From assembly GCA_963728565.1 (NCBI GenBank), contig CAVSLC010000012.1:22976-86975 (forward strand): a stretch of DNA of 64,000 bases, given 5' to 3'. The notes below the pieces were generated by a model that did no database searches, was not told the origin of the DNA, and saw only the letters and a program-made list of their open reading frames with translations. Shown here piece by piece: positions 1-10,475 of this stretch. The stretch comes from an uncultured delta proteobacterium. Lineage in GTDB: Bacteria > Desulfobacterota > Binatia > UBA9968. The first letter of the stretch is position 1. Each line of letters starts with the position of its first letter. A program made the position numbers and the translations under genes.

Positions 1-1035
1 GGGCATTACCGGCGCGGCGGAATTCTGAATGACTGGCTGGGTATCCAAAGTGCTGAAAATGCGTTCGGATGAGGCCATCGCAGCTTGCATGATATTGTAC
101 TTCTCCGCCAGATCGCGGATCGGTTGGTACATGCGCTGCAGGTACTGAATAAAGGCAACAATAACCCCCGCCTGCAGACCATCGATGCCGATCAACCAAC
201 CCCCATACCAAAGCACCAACCCAATCGACAGCGCGCTGAAAATCTCGATGATTGGAAAAAAGACTGCATTGTAGCGCACGCTGCGCAGAAGCACGTTGCG
301 GTAATTGGAGTTGATCTCCTGGAACCGGTCGTACATCTTGCCTTCCTGACCAAAGACCTGGATGGTAGCGATGCCTGCAATGGTTTCTTGAAGCCTGGCA
401 TTGAGCCGAGCCAGGATTAAACGGCTTTCGCGATATACCTCGCGCGCCCGCCGTCGATAAAAGCGCGATGCGTAAATAATTACCGGAAAAACGCACAGCG
501 CGATCAATGCCAGCTTCCAGTCCAGCCATAGCATGGCGCCGGCGATTCCGAATACAATGAACACGTCGCCCAACAAACCGACCACGCCGGTACTGAACAG
601 TTCGTTCAGCGTCTCAACGTCATTTACCGTCCGGGTCATCAAACGTCCGACGGGATTGCGATCGAAATAATCCATGTCTTGCCTCTGCAGATGCGTGAAG
701 ATCTGCATCCGCAAATCGTGCATCGCTCGCTGGCCGGCGTACTCGGTCGTATAAGTTTGAATGAAAAGAAAAATGAAACCGGCAATCACCGTGCCGAGAT
801 AGATGAGCACCATGGAATCCAAACCGCCGATGTCCCCGGTGGCAATATAGCGGTCGATAGCGATTTTGGTGATATAGGGGCGGAGCAGCTCGGTTGCCGT
901 ATGGGAGATCAAAAACGCAAGCGCCACCGCTAGCAGCTTCCAATAGGGTTGGAGATAGCGCAGTATGCGGCGCATCAAGCGGGCATCGTAAGCTTTGCCC
1001 AGGATTTCGTCTTCGGCGTGCGGATCTTGGCTCAC
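1..1035 (-). CDS. ABC exporter permease/ATP-binding subunit, N-terminal TMD (partial, runs off window); probable heterodimer partner of the upstream ABC gene
   Basis: Read manually: GTG at 1035 overlaps the upstream TGA (GTGA). Translates MSQDPHAEDEILGKAYDARLMRRILRYLQPYWKL...YFDRNPVGRLMTRTVNDVETLNELF, typical of an ABC transmembrane type-1 domain. Absent from the ORF track because no stop falls in the window. Confidence 0.85.
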   Translation of the reverse strand, partial: MSQDPHAEDEILGKAYDARLMRRILRYLQPYWKLLAVALAFLISHTATELLRPYITKIAIDRYIATGDIGGLDSMVLIYLGTVIAGFIFLFIQTYTTEYAGQRAMHDLRMQIFTHLQRQDMDYFDRNPVGRLMTRTVNDVETLNELFSTGVVGLLGDVFIVFGIAGAMLWLDWKLALIALCVFPVIIYASRFYRRRAREVYRESRLILARLNARLQETIAGIATIQVFGQEGKMYDRFQEINSNYRNVLLRSVRYNAVFFPIIEIFSALSIGLVLWYGGWLIGIDGLQAGVIVAFIQYLQRMYQPIRDLAEKYNIMQAAMASSERIFSTLDTQPVIQNSAAPVMP

Positions 1036-2738
1036 AGACGACTGTCCATTCGATCGAGCCTCTCAACTTCGCGCACTAGTTGTTGACGGCGGTAAAGCTC
1101 GTAGTAGGCACCCCGTCGTTCGAGCAGCTCGTCGTGGCGGCCTCTCTCGATGATCTCGCCCTGGCGCAGGTAAACGATCAGATCCGCATCGCGCACGGTT
1201 GCGATGCGATGGGAAACCAGCAAGGTAGTGCGGCCGGCCATAAAATCGCGCAGTCGCGCAAGGATCTTCTCCTCGGTTTCTGCATCGACACTGGAAAACG
1301 CATCGTCGAGGATCAAGATCGGCGGGTTTTTGATAATTGCCCGCGCCAATGCAGTGCGCTGCTTTTGCCCACCCGAGAGTCGCACGCCGCGTTCACCTAT
1401 TATAGTTTCGAACTTGCCTGGAAATTCCTGAACCGCAGGCAGAAGCTGCGCCGCGCTCGACGCCTCTTCGATGGCTGCTTCGTCAACTAGGTTCGTCCCG
1501 AACAGAACGTTTTCGCGAATGCTCCCCGAGAAAAGAAAGATGTCCTGCGAGACGTAGCCGACGGAATCAGTCAGTACTCGGGGCGGCATCTTGGTAATAT
1601 CCATACCGTTGATGAAGATGGTGTCGGATGGCGGCTCGTGGAGCCGCAGCAGCAAATTAGCCAAAGTGCTCTTCCCCGAACCCGTTTCACCGACGATAGC
1701 GCATACGCTGCCCGCCGGAACGGCCAGGGTGATATTTTTCAGAGCCGGTCCATTATCGCCATAAGTGAAAGTAAGATTACGAAACTCTACCGCCAGATCG
1801 CTTGCGGGTTGCTGATCGGTAAAAACGGCTGCGTCGTAGCGCGGCGACGGTTCGGCGTCTAGAACTTCGCCGATTCTGCTCAAAGCCGCGGTACCTCGCT
1901 GATACTGGTTGACAACGTAGCCGATCGCCATTAACGGCCAGGTCAACATGCCCAGGTATCCGTTGAACGCGACAAACTCGCCGAGGCTCATGGTTCCCTG
2001 AAGCACCTGGCGCCCGCCGAGCCACAAAACGATCGTCGCGGCAATACCGGAGACGACACGCATGAGCGGCCAGAATATTCCCCAGAGAATCGCCAGCCAC
2101 ATGTTTTTGCGCATGCACTCTGCGCTGATCTTCTCGAATCCGCGAATCTGATTGTCTTCCTGGGCGTAAACCTGAACAACGCGCATGCCCGCGAGATTCT
2201 CCTGGACGTAAGCACTTATGTCGCTTAACTGTTCTTGCACCGAATGGGACCAGCGGAAGATATGCCGGCCGAACGTGCGAACCGTCAGCGTGATCATCGG
2301 CATCGCCAGCAACGACCACAACGTGAGCCACGGATCGATATAGATCATGCAGGCTAGACTGAAAATAATCGTGATGATGGCATCGATGCTGGCAAGCGAA
2401 CCGAATCCGAGCAATTCCCGCACCGCCTGAACGTCGATAGTAAGGCGGGACATCAAATCACCCGTCTTATTGTGCTGAAAGTAGCCGAGAGGGAGCTTCT
2501 GCAGATGACGAAAAACCTTTTCGCGTAGATCGGCTTCCGCTTTGCGTGAAAACCCGTTGATGTTGATGCGCCAGCAGTAACGAAAAAAACCCTGGAGGAT
2601 TGCCGCCAGCAGGATCAGCAAGGGAAAATAAATCAGTGAGACGCCGGCTAATTTCTTCTGCACCGCCATATCGATGCCCTCCTTGATCAGCCACGGAAGC
2701 GCGATGCCCGTGATATCCGTACCGATCAGTGAGAGCAC
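1032..2738 (-). CDS. ABC exporter, fused TMD-NBD (MsbA/MdlA-like)
   Basis: Walker A GETGSGKS, signature LSGGQKQR, Walker B ILILDD, N-terminal TM helices. The frame stays open ~70 nt further upstream, so the true start is uncertain. Confidence 0.92.
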   Translation of the reverse strand: MLSLIGTDITGIALPWLIKEGIDMAVQKKLAGVSLIYFPLLILLAAILQGFFRYCWRININGFSRKAEADLREKVFRHLQKLPLGYFQHNKTGDLMSRLTIDVQAVRELLGFGSLASIDAIITIIFSLACMIYIDPWLTLWSLLAMPMITLTVRTFGRHIFRWSHSVQEQLSDISAYVQENLAGMRVVQVYAQEDNQIRGFEKISAECMRKNMWLAILWGIFWPLMRVVSGIAATIVLWLGGRQVLQGTMSLGEFVAFNGYLGMLTWPLMAIGYVVNQYQRGTAALSRIGEVLDAEPSPRYDAAVFTDQQPASDLAVEFRNLTFTYGDNGPALKNITLAVPAGSVCAIVGETGSGKSTLANLLLRLHEPPSDTIFINGMDITKMPPRVLTDSVGYVSQDIFLFSGSIRENVLFGTNLVDEAAIEEASSAAQLLPAVQEFPGKFETIIGERGVRLSGGQKQRTALARAIIKNPPILILDDAFSSVDAETEEKILARLRDFMAGRTTLLVSHRIATVRDADLIVYLRQGEIIERGRHDELLERRGAYYELYRRQQLVREVERLDRMDSRL

Positions 2739-2889
2739 TCCGAGAATGAGCTGGCGCCGATAGCGGTCGATGAGAAACTTGATGCGAAGGTAGTAGCGGT
2801 AAATCGTCGTTACCTTTTAGGGTCTGAGCAGATTTCAGAAAGACTGCTTGCTATATGGCGCCGCCCCGACGCATTAGACTGGAGCGAGA

Positions 2890-4353
2890 TCAGTCGGCAG
2901 AAGCGACAGTAGCAACGCCAGAACTTCCAACGACGTCGTTCCAATGGCCGGTCATTAGCTCCGACATAACGATTTCGACGTTAGCCAGCGGCACCCGAAT
3001 TTGTTGCATTGTGTTACGGTCGCGGATGGTGACTTTTTCATCAGCAGCCGACTTACTATCGCCAACGGTCTGAACGTCTATCGTCACGCAAAACGGCGTG
3101 CCTACTTCATCCTGCCGCCGGTACAGCCGGCCTATGGAGGCGGTGTCGTCGTAGACAGCGTGCCAGCGTTTGCGCAGATCCAGCATGAGCTTTTTTGCGG
3201 TTTCTACGATGCGATCGTTTTTCTTCAATAGCGGCAATACCGCGGTTTTTATCGGCGCGAGTTCGGGATGAAATTTCAATACAACTCGCTTCTCCGATCT
3301 AACTTCCTCTTCCTGATAGGCATCGACCAAAAACGCCAGTGTCGCGCGGTCGGCGCCGGCGGAAGGTTCGATCACGTAGGGAACGATCTTCTGCTTGCTT
3401 TCTTCATCAAAGTACTCCAACGCTTTGCCGCTAAACTGCGCATGTTGTTTGAGATCGAAGTCGGTGCGGTTGGCGACGCCTTCCAATTCGCTCCAGCCCA
3501 TCGGGAATAGATACTCGATATCGGCAGTGCGCTTGGCATAATGCGCCAGCTCGTCCTTGTCGTGTTCGCGCAATCGCAGGTTGTCTTTGCGGATGCCGTA
3601 TTTCGGATACCAAGCAAAGCGTTCATCGAGCCATCTTTGATGCCATTCTTCATCGGTGCCGGGCATGACGAAAAACTCGATCTCCATCTGCTCGAATTCA
3701 CGGCTGCGAAAAGTGAAATTTCCCGGCGTGATCTCGTTGCGGAAGGACTTGCCGATCTGCGCGATACCAAAGGGCAGCTTCATGCGCATGGACTGAATAA
3801 CGTTATCGAAGTTGACGAAAATACCCTGAGCAGTTTCCGGCCGCAGGTAAGCCACCGCGGCGTCCTCCTCCACCGCACCCATGAAAGTCTTGAACATCAA
3901 ATTAAACTGGCGCGGTTCGGTGAGCTCGCCCTTGCCGCAAGCCGGGCACAGCGTGCGTCCGGCGCCGCAGTGTTTACAGGCCTCGCCAGGAGGCACGATA
4001 AACTTATTGCCTTTTGTCGCTGCGCAATAATGAACCCATTCCATCTCTTCGAGCTTGTCTGCACGAAATCGCTTTTTGCAGGCCCGACAATCCACCATCG
4101 GATCGGTGAAATGGTCGAGATGCCCGCTCGCCTGCCAAACCCTCGGATGCATAAGGATCGACGAATCCAACCCCACCATGTCCGGCCGCGACTGCACGCT
4201 GTCGCGCCACCACGCGGCCTTGACGTTATTCTTGAGCTCCACGCCCAGCGGCCCATAGTCCCAGCACGAACCGGTGCCGCCATAAATCTCACTCGATTGA
4301 AAAATAAAGCCGCGCCGCTTCGAGAGCGACACGATCTTGTCCATCTCTACCAT
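2890..4353 (-). CDS. glyQS: Glycine--tRNA ligase, homodimeric (alpha2) type
   Basis: [63 protein letters not shown] and a C-terminal anticodon-binding domain. Start set at the ATG of MVEMDK after AAGGCGG. Confidence 0.97.
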   Translation of the reverse strand: MVEMDKIVSLSKRRGFIFQSSEIYGGTGSCWDYGPLGVELKNNVKAAWWRDSVQSRPDMVGLDSSILMHPRVWQASGHLDHFTDPMVDCRACKKRFRADKLEEMEWVHYCAATKGNKFIVPPGEACKHCGAGRTLCPACGKGELTEPRQFNLMFKTFMGAVEEDAAVAYLRPETAQGIFVNFDNVIQSMRMKLPFGIAQIGKSFRNEITPGNFTFRSREFEQMEIEFFVMPGTDEEWHQRWLDERFAWYPKYGIRKDNLRLREHDKDELAHYAKRTADIEYLFPMGWSELEGVANRTDFDLKQHAQFSGKALEYFDEESKQKIVPYVIEPSAGADRATLAFLVDAYQEEEVRSEKRVVLKFHPELAPIKTAVLPLLKKNDRIVETAKKLMLDLRKRWHAVYDDTASIGRLYRRQDEVGTPFCVTIDVQTVGDSKSAADEKVTIRDRNTMQQIRVPLANVEIVMSELMTGHWNDVVGSSGVATVASAD

Positions 4354-4386
4354 TAAACCGCCTTGGCTAAATTGAGAATAGAAATC

Positions 4387-4415
4387 AATGTAAAGGATGC
4401 GGCGGGCGGAGTCAA
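4387..4415 (-). promoter_or_regulatory. Putative sigma70 promoter of glyQS (TTGACT-17 bp-TACATT)
   Basis: Minus strand reads TTGACT ccgcccgccgcatcctt TACATT, ~35 nt upstream of the ATG. Confidence 0.6.
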
Positions 4416-4454
4416 AAAGGCAATTCGTCGCCGCAGCAAAGTTAACGCGCAAGA

Positions 4455-4529
4455 CTAACAGATTTCGCGCGATTGAAAAATAAAGCCTCGCCGCTGCGAG
4501 AGCGACACGATCTTGTCCAAATCTACCAT
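4455..4529 (-). CDS. 24-aa mini-ORF paralogous to the GlyRS N-terminus ([24 protein letters not shown]); truncated duplicate or leader peptide
   Basis: ATG at 4529, TAG at 4455-4457, same AAGGCGG RBS as glyQS. Aligns with [24 protein letters not shown]. Expression unproven. Confidence 0.45.
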   Translation of the reverse strand: MVDLDKIVSLSQRRGFIFQSREIC

Positions 4530-4559
4530 TGAGCCGCCTTGGGTAGTTGAGAATACGTT

Positions 4560-4588
4560 AATCTAATGGATGCCATGGGCAGAGTCAA
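4560..4588 (-). promoter_or_regulatory. Second putative sigma70 promoter in the duplicated unit (TTGACT-17 bp-TAGATT)
   Basis: Minus strand reads TTGACT ctgcccatggcatccat TAGATT; the -35 and the spacing are kept while the spacer sequence has diverged. Confidence 0.55.
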
Positions 4589-5171
4589 AAAGGGAATCTA
4601 CGCCGCCGCAAAGTTAAGGCGCAAGACTGTCAAGCCGCTGCGTGGCATCGCCACTTTTGATTCAGAGGCGTATCCTCCCCATGAATGGTCGCAGCAGTGA
4701 TCACGCTCCAAAGCATCGTCAAACCGCAGCATGTCCTATGAGTATTGCCTGTGCGAATCGCCTGCGGCGGGCATGCCGAATCTGCGTGGGCGCCCGCCCC
4801 GACCGCCTCTCCCATCCGCTGCCTTGCCAGCCTGACCAACGATCCTGCTCGCCTCTGCGCCGCTTCAACCAGCAGATGAAGGCAGGCACTGCAGGGCGCG
4901 TCTACTTTTCGAAGAAATGCTGCTCGAGGTTTCGGCATATGCCGCGCTAGAACCGGTAACGAAAAAGATACGTACGGGTTTCAAAGTATGCGGTCCGAGA
5001 TGACCCAAAGTCGATTGTATATATCGGCCCTTGACCCGTGGTTACGAAACGTACTAAGTAGCTGCGGTCCCGCAACATATAATGTTGTGGATGGGAGCCG
5101 GAACGGGCCGCTGTTATTTTGATACTAGTCGCGTCATGGAACATTCAACGAGTCAGCCACAGGAGTTGCCA

Positions 5172-7844
5172 ATGATCAAGCTACCATTATCGCTGGCATT
5201 GTTCCTAGCTTTTCTGTTTGCAAGCTTTTCCCCCGTCATGGCTGCGCAACCGACGCCACAAACCAGAGATATGTTCCGGATGAAATCATCGTCAAGTTTC
5301 GCCCGGAAGTCGATGAAAGTCAAAAAGACCTTGCGCGTTTTCGTGTATTCGGAGCGCGCAAGAAGGCTTTCAAGGTACTCCGAAACGCCGAGGTGGTTAA
5401 ACTTGGCCGCGGCATAACGGTTGAAGAGGCAACTGAAATTTTGAGTAACAACCCTGATGTTTTGTACGCTGAGCCTAATTACATTGTACATACGACCGCT
5501 GTTCCAAATGAGACTCGTTTTGGCGAATTGTGGGGTCTTAACAATATAGGGCAATCGGGCGGCACGCCGGGCGCTGACATCGATGCAACCAGCGCCTGGA
5601 ACATCGCGACCGGTGACAGCAATGTTATAGTTGCAATTATTGATTCCGGAGTTGATTATAATCATCCGGACCTTTCTCCTAACATGTTCCGCAACACGGC
5701 CGATTGTAACAACAATGGTATCGACGATGACGCGAACGGCTATATCGATGATTGTTATGGTATCGATACCCAAAATAACGATTCAAATCCCATGGACGAT
5801 AACAATCACGGCTCGCATGTGGCAGGGACAATCGGCGCTGCGGGAAATAACGGCATCGGCGTTGTCGGAATCAACTGGAATGTAAAGATTATGGCGTGCA
5901 AATTCGTAAACGCCAGCGGTTCTGGAAGTACGGAAGCCGCCATCGATTGCTTGGAGTACGTCAGAATCATGAGAGATCGCGGCCTGAACATTGTCGCGAC
6001 GAATAATAGCTGGGGCGGAGGAGACTTCTCACAGGCGCTGATTGATGCCATCGAACTTCAGGGCCAAAGCGGGATTCTGTTTATTACCGCTGCCGGCAAT
6101 GGCAATTTCTTCGGATTGGGCTTGAACAATGACCAGACTCCTTTTTATCCCTGCAATACTTACTTGCCCAATGTTATCTGCGTCGCTGCAACAACAAGAA
6201 TCGACGGGCAGGCGGTGTTTTCAAACTATGGCCGTCGCAACGTTCATATCGGCGCCCCAGGCAGCGAGATTTTGAGCACCATGCGCAATGGTAACTACGG
6301 AATATCGAGCGGCACATCAATGGCCACTCCTCATGTCACCGGCGTCGCGGCACTACTAAAAGCGGCCGACCCGAGCTTCGACTGGATCGCAATTAAAAAC
6401 TTGATTCTGGCCGGCGGCGACAACGTCACTTCCATGGCGAACACCGTTACGCAAAAGCGCCTTAACGCTAACGGGGCGCTAACTTGTTCCGACTCGACAG
6501 TTCTTACAAGGGTCAGACCCATCGCAAACACGATCAATGGTGAGGTCGGCACTCCGATTGATTTATCCGCATTACACATCAACTGCGCGAACCCCAACGG
6601 CAATGTCGTCATTGATGTCAATTCAGGAAGTGAAACAGTAACTCTGACCGACGACGGCGTCGGCAACGACCAAATAGCGAATGATGGAATGTATTCAGCT
6701 CAATGGACTCCTTCGTCTCACGGCACCTTTGTCCTAACGTTTCCTGACGGCGACACCATCACAGTGACAATCGGAGAAGTCGATTCCATCACACCTAACC
6801 CGATCGATTTGGCTTCACCGCCGTCAAGCTTCACGATCACCGGCGGCGGCTTTGCCAACTTGGGCTTTGGTTTGCCGGTGGTTAACTTCTATGCATAGCA
6901 CGAGTACCACGTTCATCGCCCAGGCACGCGCTATTTCGATGAACTCCAATGGCACACTCAATCACCGTTCCTTATCCCACCAATGCTACCAGTATCTCCG
7001 GACCCTTACCCGGGCTGAGGGCGGGAACCATCACCGTAAAGGTGTTTAACCAGCACGCAAACACCGGATCTTCTCAGTGGACGCTGATCGGCAGCACAAC
7101 CCTAACCGTCAGTGATACACGGCCACCGCCTGGAGTTAGTTCCATCACTCCCAATCCCATCGACTTGGCTTCACCGCCGGCAAGCTTCACGATCACCGGC
7201 GGCGGTTTCGCCAACTTGGGCTATGGTCTGCCCGTAGCTAACTTCTATGCTGGGACGACCTTCATCGCCCAGGCACGCGCTATTTCGATCAACTCGAATG
7301 GCACATCAATCACCGTGCCTTATCCTACCAATGCTACCAGTATCTCAGGACCCCTGCCTGGGCTGAGGGCGGGAAACATCACCGTAAAGGTGTTCAACCA
7401 GCACGCAAACACCGGATCTTCTCAGTGGACGCTGATCGGCAGCACGACCCTAGCCGTCAATGATACACGGCCAGTGCCAGGAGTTGAGTTCCATCACTCC
7501 GAACCCCATCGATCTTGGCTTCACCGCCGGCAAGCTTCACGATCACCGGCGGCGGTTTCGCCAACTTGGGTTACGGGCTACCCGTAGCTAACTTCTACGC
7601 GGGGACGACCTTCATCGCCCAGGCACGCGCTATTTCGATGAACTCGAATGGCACATCAATCACCGTGTCTTATCCTACCAATGCTACCAGTATCTCAGGA
7701 CCTCTGCCTGGGCTGAGGGCGGGCAACATCACCGTAAAGGTGTTCAACCAGCAGGCAAACACCGGATCTTCTCAGTGGACGCTGATCGGCAGCACCACGC
7801 TGGCGGTCAACGATACGCGTCTACTGGCTAAGGGAGCGAAGTAA
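5172..7844 (+). CDS. Secreted S8 (subtilisin-like) serine peptidase with propeptide, choice-of-anchor-X-like motif and three C-terminal Ig/IPT-like repeats; broken by several frameshifts
   Basis: AGGAG RBS at 5161, then signal peptide MIKLPLSLALFLAFLFASFSPVMA and propeptide YVPDEIIVKF. Triad motifs IIDSG, HGSHVAG, GTSMATPHV; also LTDDGVGNDQIANDGMYS. Joins ORFs 5082-5417, 5393-6898, 6949-7587 and 7515-7844. Confidence 0.88.
6785..7820 (+). repeat. Three tandem ~350-bp intragenic repeats (6785-7140, 7141-7489, 7490-7820)
   Basis: Each unit encodes SITPNPIDLASPPxSFTITGGGFANLGxGLPV...SQWTLIGSTTLxVxDTR; differences are mostly synonymous. Confidence 0.95.
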
Positions 7845-8103
7845 ACAACATCGAAGCTATCCAGACTAGGCAATCGCTATTAAAAACGTTCTTGAAACGA
7901 CTCCATGCACGGGCAGCAAGGCGGAAGTCGGAAATTGCAGACGGTATTGGCTATATAATGATAGGGAGTAGGTGAACGTTGTTGGGGTAGGACTTAGAAA
8001 TCCAAGGCACCTGCCACTACGCACCCATTCTGCAAAGCATCTCTATAGGACTCTCTGTATTTGACTCATAGGTCAAAACCAATTGATGGGCGAGCTAATC
8101 TAT

Positions 8104-9633
8104 TCAACGTAGACGTTGATAAATCTTATAATCCCCGTACGATTTTATTAGATGGAATGCACCCGTGCTTAGTACGGCCTCATATAGCGGCCAAAGTTTG
8201 CGACGTGGACCGACTATAAGATATTCGGGATCTTGCGCTAACGGATCATACTCGATGGCTACTGGTTGACGAAAGATGTAACGCCGAATCAGCTGAATGT
8301 GAAGTTGATCAGGTGGGTAGTGATATGGCCTCTCCAAAAGGAAAAAAAGCTCCGGATCGTATGTTTCAATCAGCGCATCGGAGGATGTCTCGGTGTTGAG
8401 GAAATCTGATACCTGCAATACGGATGAATCCGCATTCGTGAAATAAGTGTAGTGAAGCATTCTTAGAGTCAAAGGTACAGATGCCGCCACGACAAGGAGA
8501 ACGAGAGTGGTCACAATGCCGCGCATTCTCAGCCAAGGGCCGCATGTACTAGAAGCGAGGGGACTACGCTGAGGACGTTGGGTTAAAGCGGACGTTAGAT
8601 TCACGAGCATGGCCGCCGTGAAAATACTGCCGATAACCGTAACTGGAAAAAGATAACGAAGCCAACCAGCGGAAAGCATGAGGAACCAGGCAAACCAAGT
8701 GGCCGCCAAAACGAGAAGGGAGAGTTGGACAATGTCTGTTTGATTCGATACAAGAAATTGTCTTTTATCTTTCATCAACCTCCATGCGACGTAACAAAGG
8801 CCGCCGACCGTTGGGATTCCAAAGAACACGGTGGATGATAACGCAAGCGCACGAGCCCGCGGTGCCGTGACCAGGGCGGTGACGTAATAAAGTCCTGGCA
8901 GCGGCGATAATCGGGTTGTTGCGCTGTCTAATAGAATCTGCTGTAGCCTGAGCATCGCGCGAGCCGACAAAAACGATGCACACAGTCCGACGGTGAGCAA
9001 CAATATGATCTTCCAGCGTCGCGTCAACACGGCTATGGCCAAGGGAACGAGTAATGAAGCGAGCCAAAAAGGAAACACCTGTAGTTTCGTGACTAGTGCA
9101 GCCCCCCAGAAGCACGCTGACAATGGTAGGGCGATCAGAGGGCGTTTTTGCGCCGACAAAAACATCGTATAGCCCGCCAGCAGGAAGAACAACGCAGGTA
9201 TTTCGCCAAGCACTTGTCTGCCCGCAAGTACAGGATGAATGTCGTGATGGAAAGGGGTAAACAGCAAGACCAGAAGAGCGGTGATCGCAACTCGGCGATC
9301 GTAAAGGTGCCGCGCTAGGTGGTATAACAGAGCCAGGGTTGCAAGTGTGAAGAGTACGCTAGGAATCCTTCCTTGAATTAGGCCCACGCCAAAGAAGCGA
9401 AAGCTCATCGCAACAGAGGCCGTCACCGGGAAAGCGGCCGCCAAGTCCGGAGGCGCTGGCTGTCCAAGCAAATACCTCCCATAATGTCCGTCGACAACCC
9501 AATTGCGAGCGACAGACAATGTCCACCCCTCGTCCCACCAAACCGGCGGGGCACTATCGAGATTCACCGTTGCTAGAGCAAGGACAAAGAATCCGAAGAA
9601 CCCTGCAGTCGCCCTACGCAAGTATAATCTCAT
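8104..9633 (-). CDS. GT-C fold membrane glycosyltransferase (ArnT/PMT, GT39/GT83-like)
   Basis: Acidic WWDEGW motif after the first TM, GRIPSVLF, LARHLYDRRVA, multiple TM helices and a C-terminal soluble domain. Confidence 0.78.
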   Translation of the reverse strand: MRLYLRRATAGFFGFFVLALATVNLDSAPPVWWDEGWTLSVARNWVVDGHYGRYLLGQPAPPDLAAAFPVTASVAMSFRFFGVGLIQGRIPSVLFTLATLALLYHLARHLYDRRVAITALLVLLFTPFHHDIHPVLAGRQVLGEIPALFFLLAGYTMFLSAQKRPLIALPLSACFWGAALVTKLQVFPFWLASLLVPLAIAVLTRRWKIILLLTVGLCASFLSARAMLRLQQILLDSATTRLSPLPGLYYVTALVTAPRARALALSSTVFFGIPTVGGLCYVAWRLMKDKRQFLVSNQTDIVQLSLLVLAATWFAWFLMLSAGWLRYLFPVTVIGSIFTAAMLVNLTSALTQRPQRSPLASSTCGPWLRMRGIVTTLVLLVVAASVPLTLRMLHYTYFTNADSSVLQVSDFLNTETSSDALIETYDPELFFLLERPYHYPPDQLHIQLIRRYIFRQPVAIEYDPLAQDPEYLIVGPRRKLWPLYEAVLSTGAFHLIKSYGDYKIYQRLR

Positions 9634-9661
9634 CTCGGTAGAAGGGGAAAACTGTGGTCGA

Positions 9662-10468
9662 TCAGGAAGATTTTCGCGCGAGAATCACGTATGCTCCGCA
9701 GGTCAACTCGTCGCGGTTATAATTGGCAAGTTCACACTCGATGGCGGGCGTCAAGAACTCTTCACCCTCACGCATTGCGCAATACTTTTTGATAATTTCA
9801 AAATGTTTGGAAAAGGTCTTGAGGAATTGGTCTTGACGCCACTCGTTCAAAGGCACGTGAAATGTTAAACGGCGTCTCCTCAAGTGATCCCAAGGCTCGA
9901 CACCACTTGGAATGTTGCGAAGAGGGGTCTCTGCCAAACTGATGTTATGGCCTCCTGATAAACTCGTAAATAGATGGACCAAGACCCAAGCCACGCCCCC
10001 GGGCCGTAAAACTCGATGCATTTCCGCAACGACACCAGGGACATCGTAAAAATGCTCGAAGGCAGCGATGGAGGTCACCAAATCTAAACCGTTGGACGCC
10101 AAAGGTAATTCGGCGACGGAGCCACAAATTAGAGAAGAATTGGAATCGCTCACGCTGATAGGGATCTTTCGAGCATACAGCCAACGGGCTAAGCGATAAC
10201 TTGTTTCTACTCGACTATGTTCAGCTCGATTGTTTATGTCGATCCCATACACCTTGTGGCCTGCCGCCTTTAACAACATGTATTGGGGTCGCAAGCGGCC
10301 ATTGGCAAGATCGAGGATTTTAAGCGTTGGGCAGCCGTTAAGAAAGGGAGCGATGTCTCTTTGACGCATCTCGAATAGCCATCGCTCATGTTTCTCGCGC
10401 TTTCCGTTCACGAGCTGCCACCCATATCGAAGCTGCTCGATGAAAGAGTTCGCGATGACGAAACGCAT
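9662..10468 (-). CDS. Class I SAM-dependent methyltransferase
   Basis: ILDLANG motif I variant, DLVTSIAAFEHF, EMHRVLRPGG. Start moved to MRFVIAN to avoid overlap with the upstream gene. Confidence 0.82.
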   Translation of the reverse strand: MRFVIANSFIEQLRYGWQLVNGKREKHERWLFEMRQRDIAPFLNGCPTLKILDLANGRLRPQYMLLKAAGHKVYGIDINNRAEHSRVETSYRLARWLYARKIPISVSDSNSSLICGSVAELPLASNGLDLVTSIAAFEHFYDVPGVVAEMHRVLRPGGVAWVLVHLFTSLSGGHNISLAETPLRNIPSGVEPWDHLRRRRLTFHVPLNEWRQDQFLKTFSKHFEIIKKYCAMREGEEFLTPAIECELANYNRDELTCGAYVILARKSS

Positions 10469-10475
10469 GTTTGAT

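Larger units (their letters stand above)
4282..4628. repeat. Diverged tandem duplication (~175-bp unit) of the glyQS 5' end and promoter
   Basis: 4294-4456 (cgattgaaaaataaagccgcgccgcttcgagagcgacacgatcttgtcca...gcgcaagact) aligns with 4470-4628 (cgattgaaaaataaagcctcgccgctgcgagagcgacacgatcttgtcca...gcgcaagact). Confidence 0.92.

Noticed and set aside
3541-4356. 271-aa ORF antisense to glyQS (likewise 54659-55621 opposite murA, 57117-57773 opposite prfA, 25361-25948 opposite argB)
   Set aside because: Shadow ORFs expected from GC-rich codon usage; no recognisable motifs, and each is fully overlapped by a conserved gene.
4630-4950. Overlapping 102-aa ORFs; LHLLVEAAQ faintly resembles an IS110-type transposase segment
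   Set aside because: Only a few residues match, with no other transposase motifs, RBS or ends. Not enough to call a gene or IS remnant.
6785-7820. Protease repeats as a diversity-generating retroelement TR/VR pair or a CRISPR array
   Set aside because: Differences are mostly third-position and not adenine-specific. The units are ~350-bp in-frame coding repeats with no spacers, and no reverse transcriptase or cas gene is in the window.
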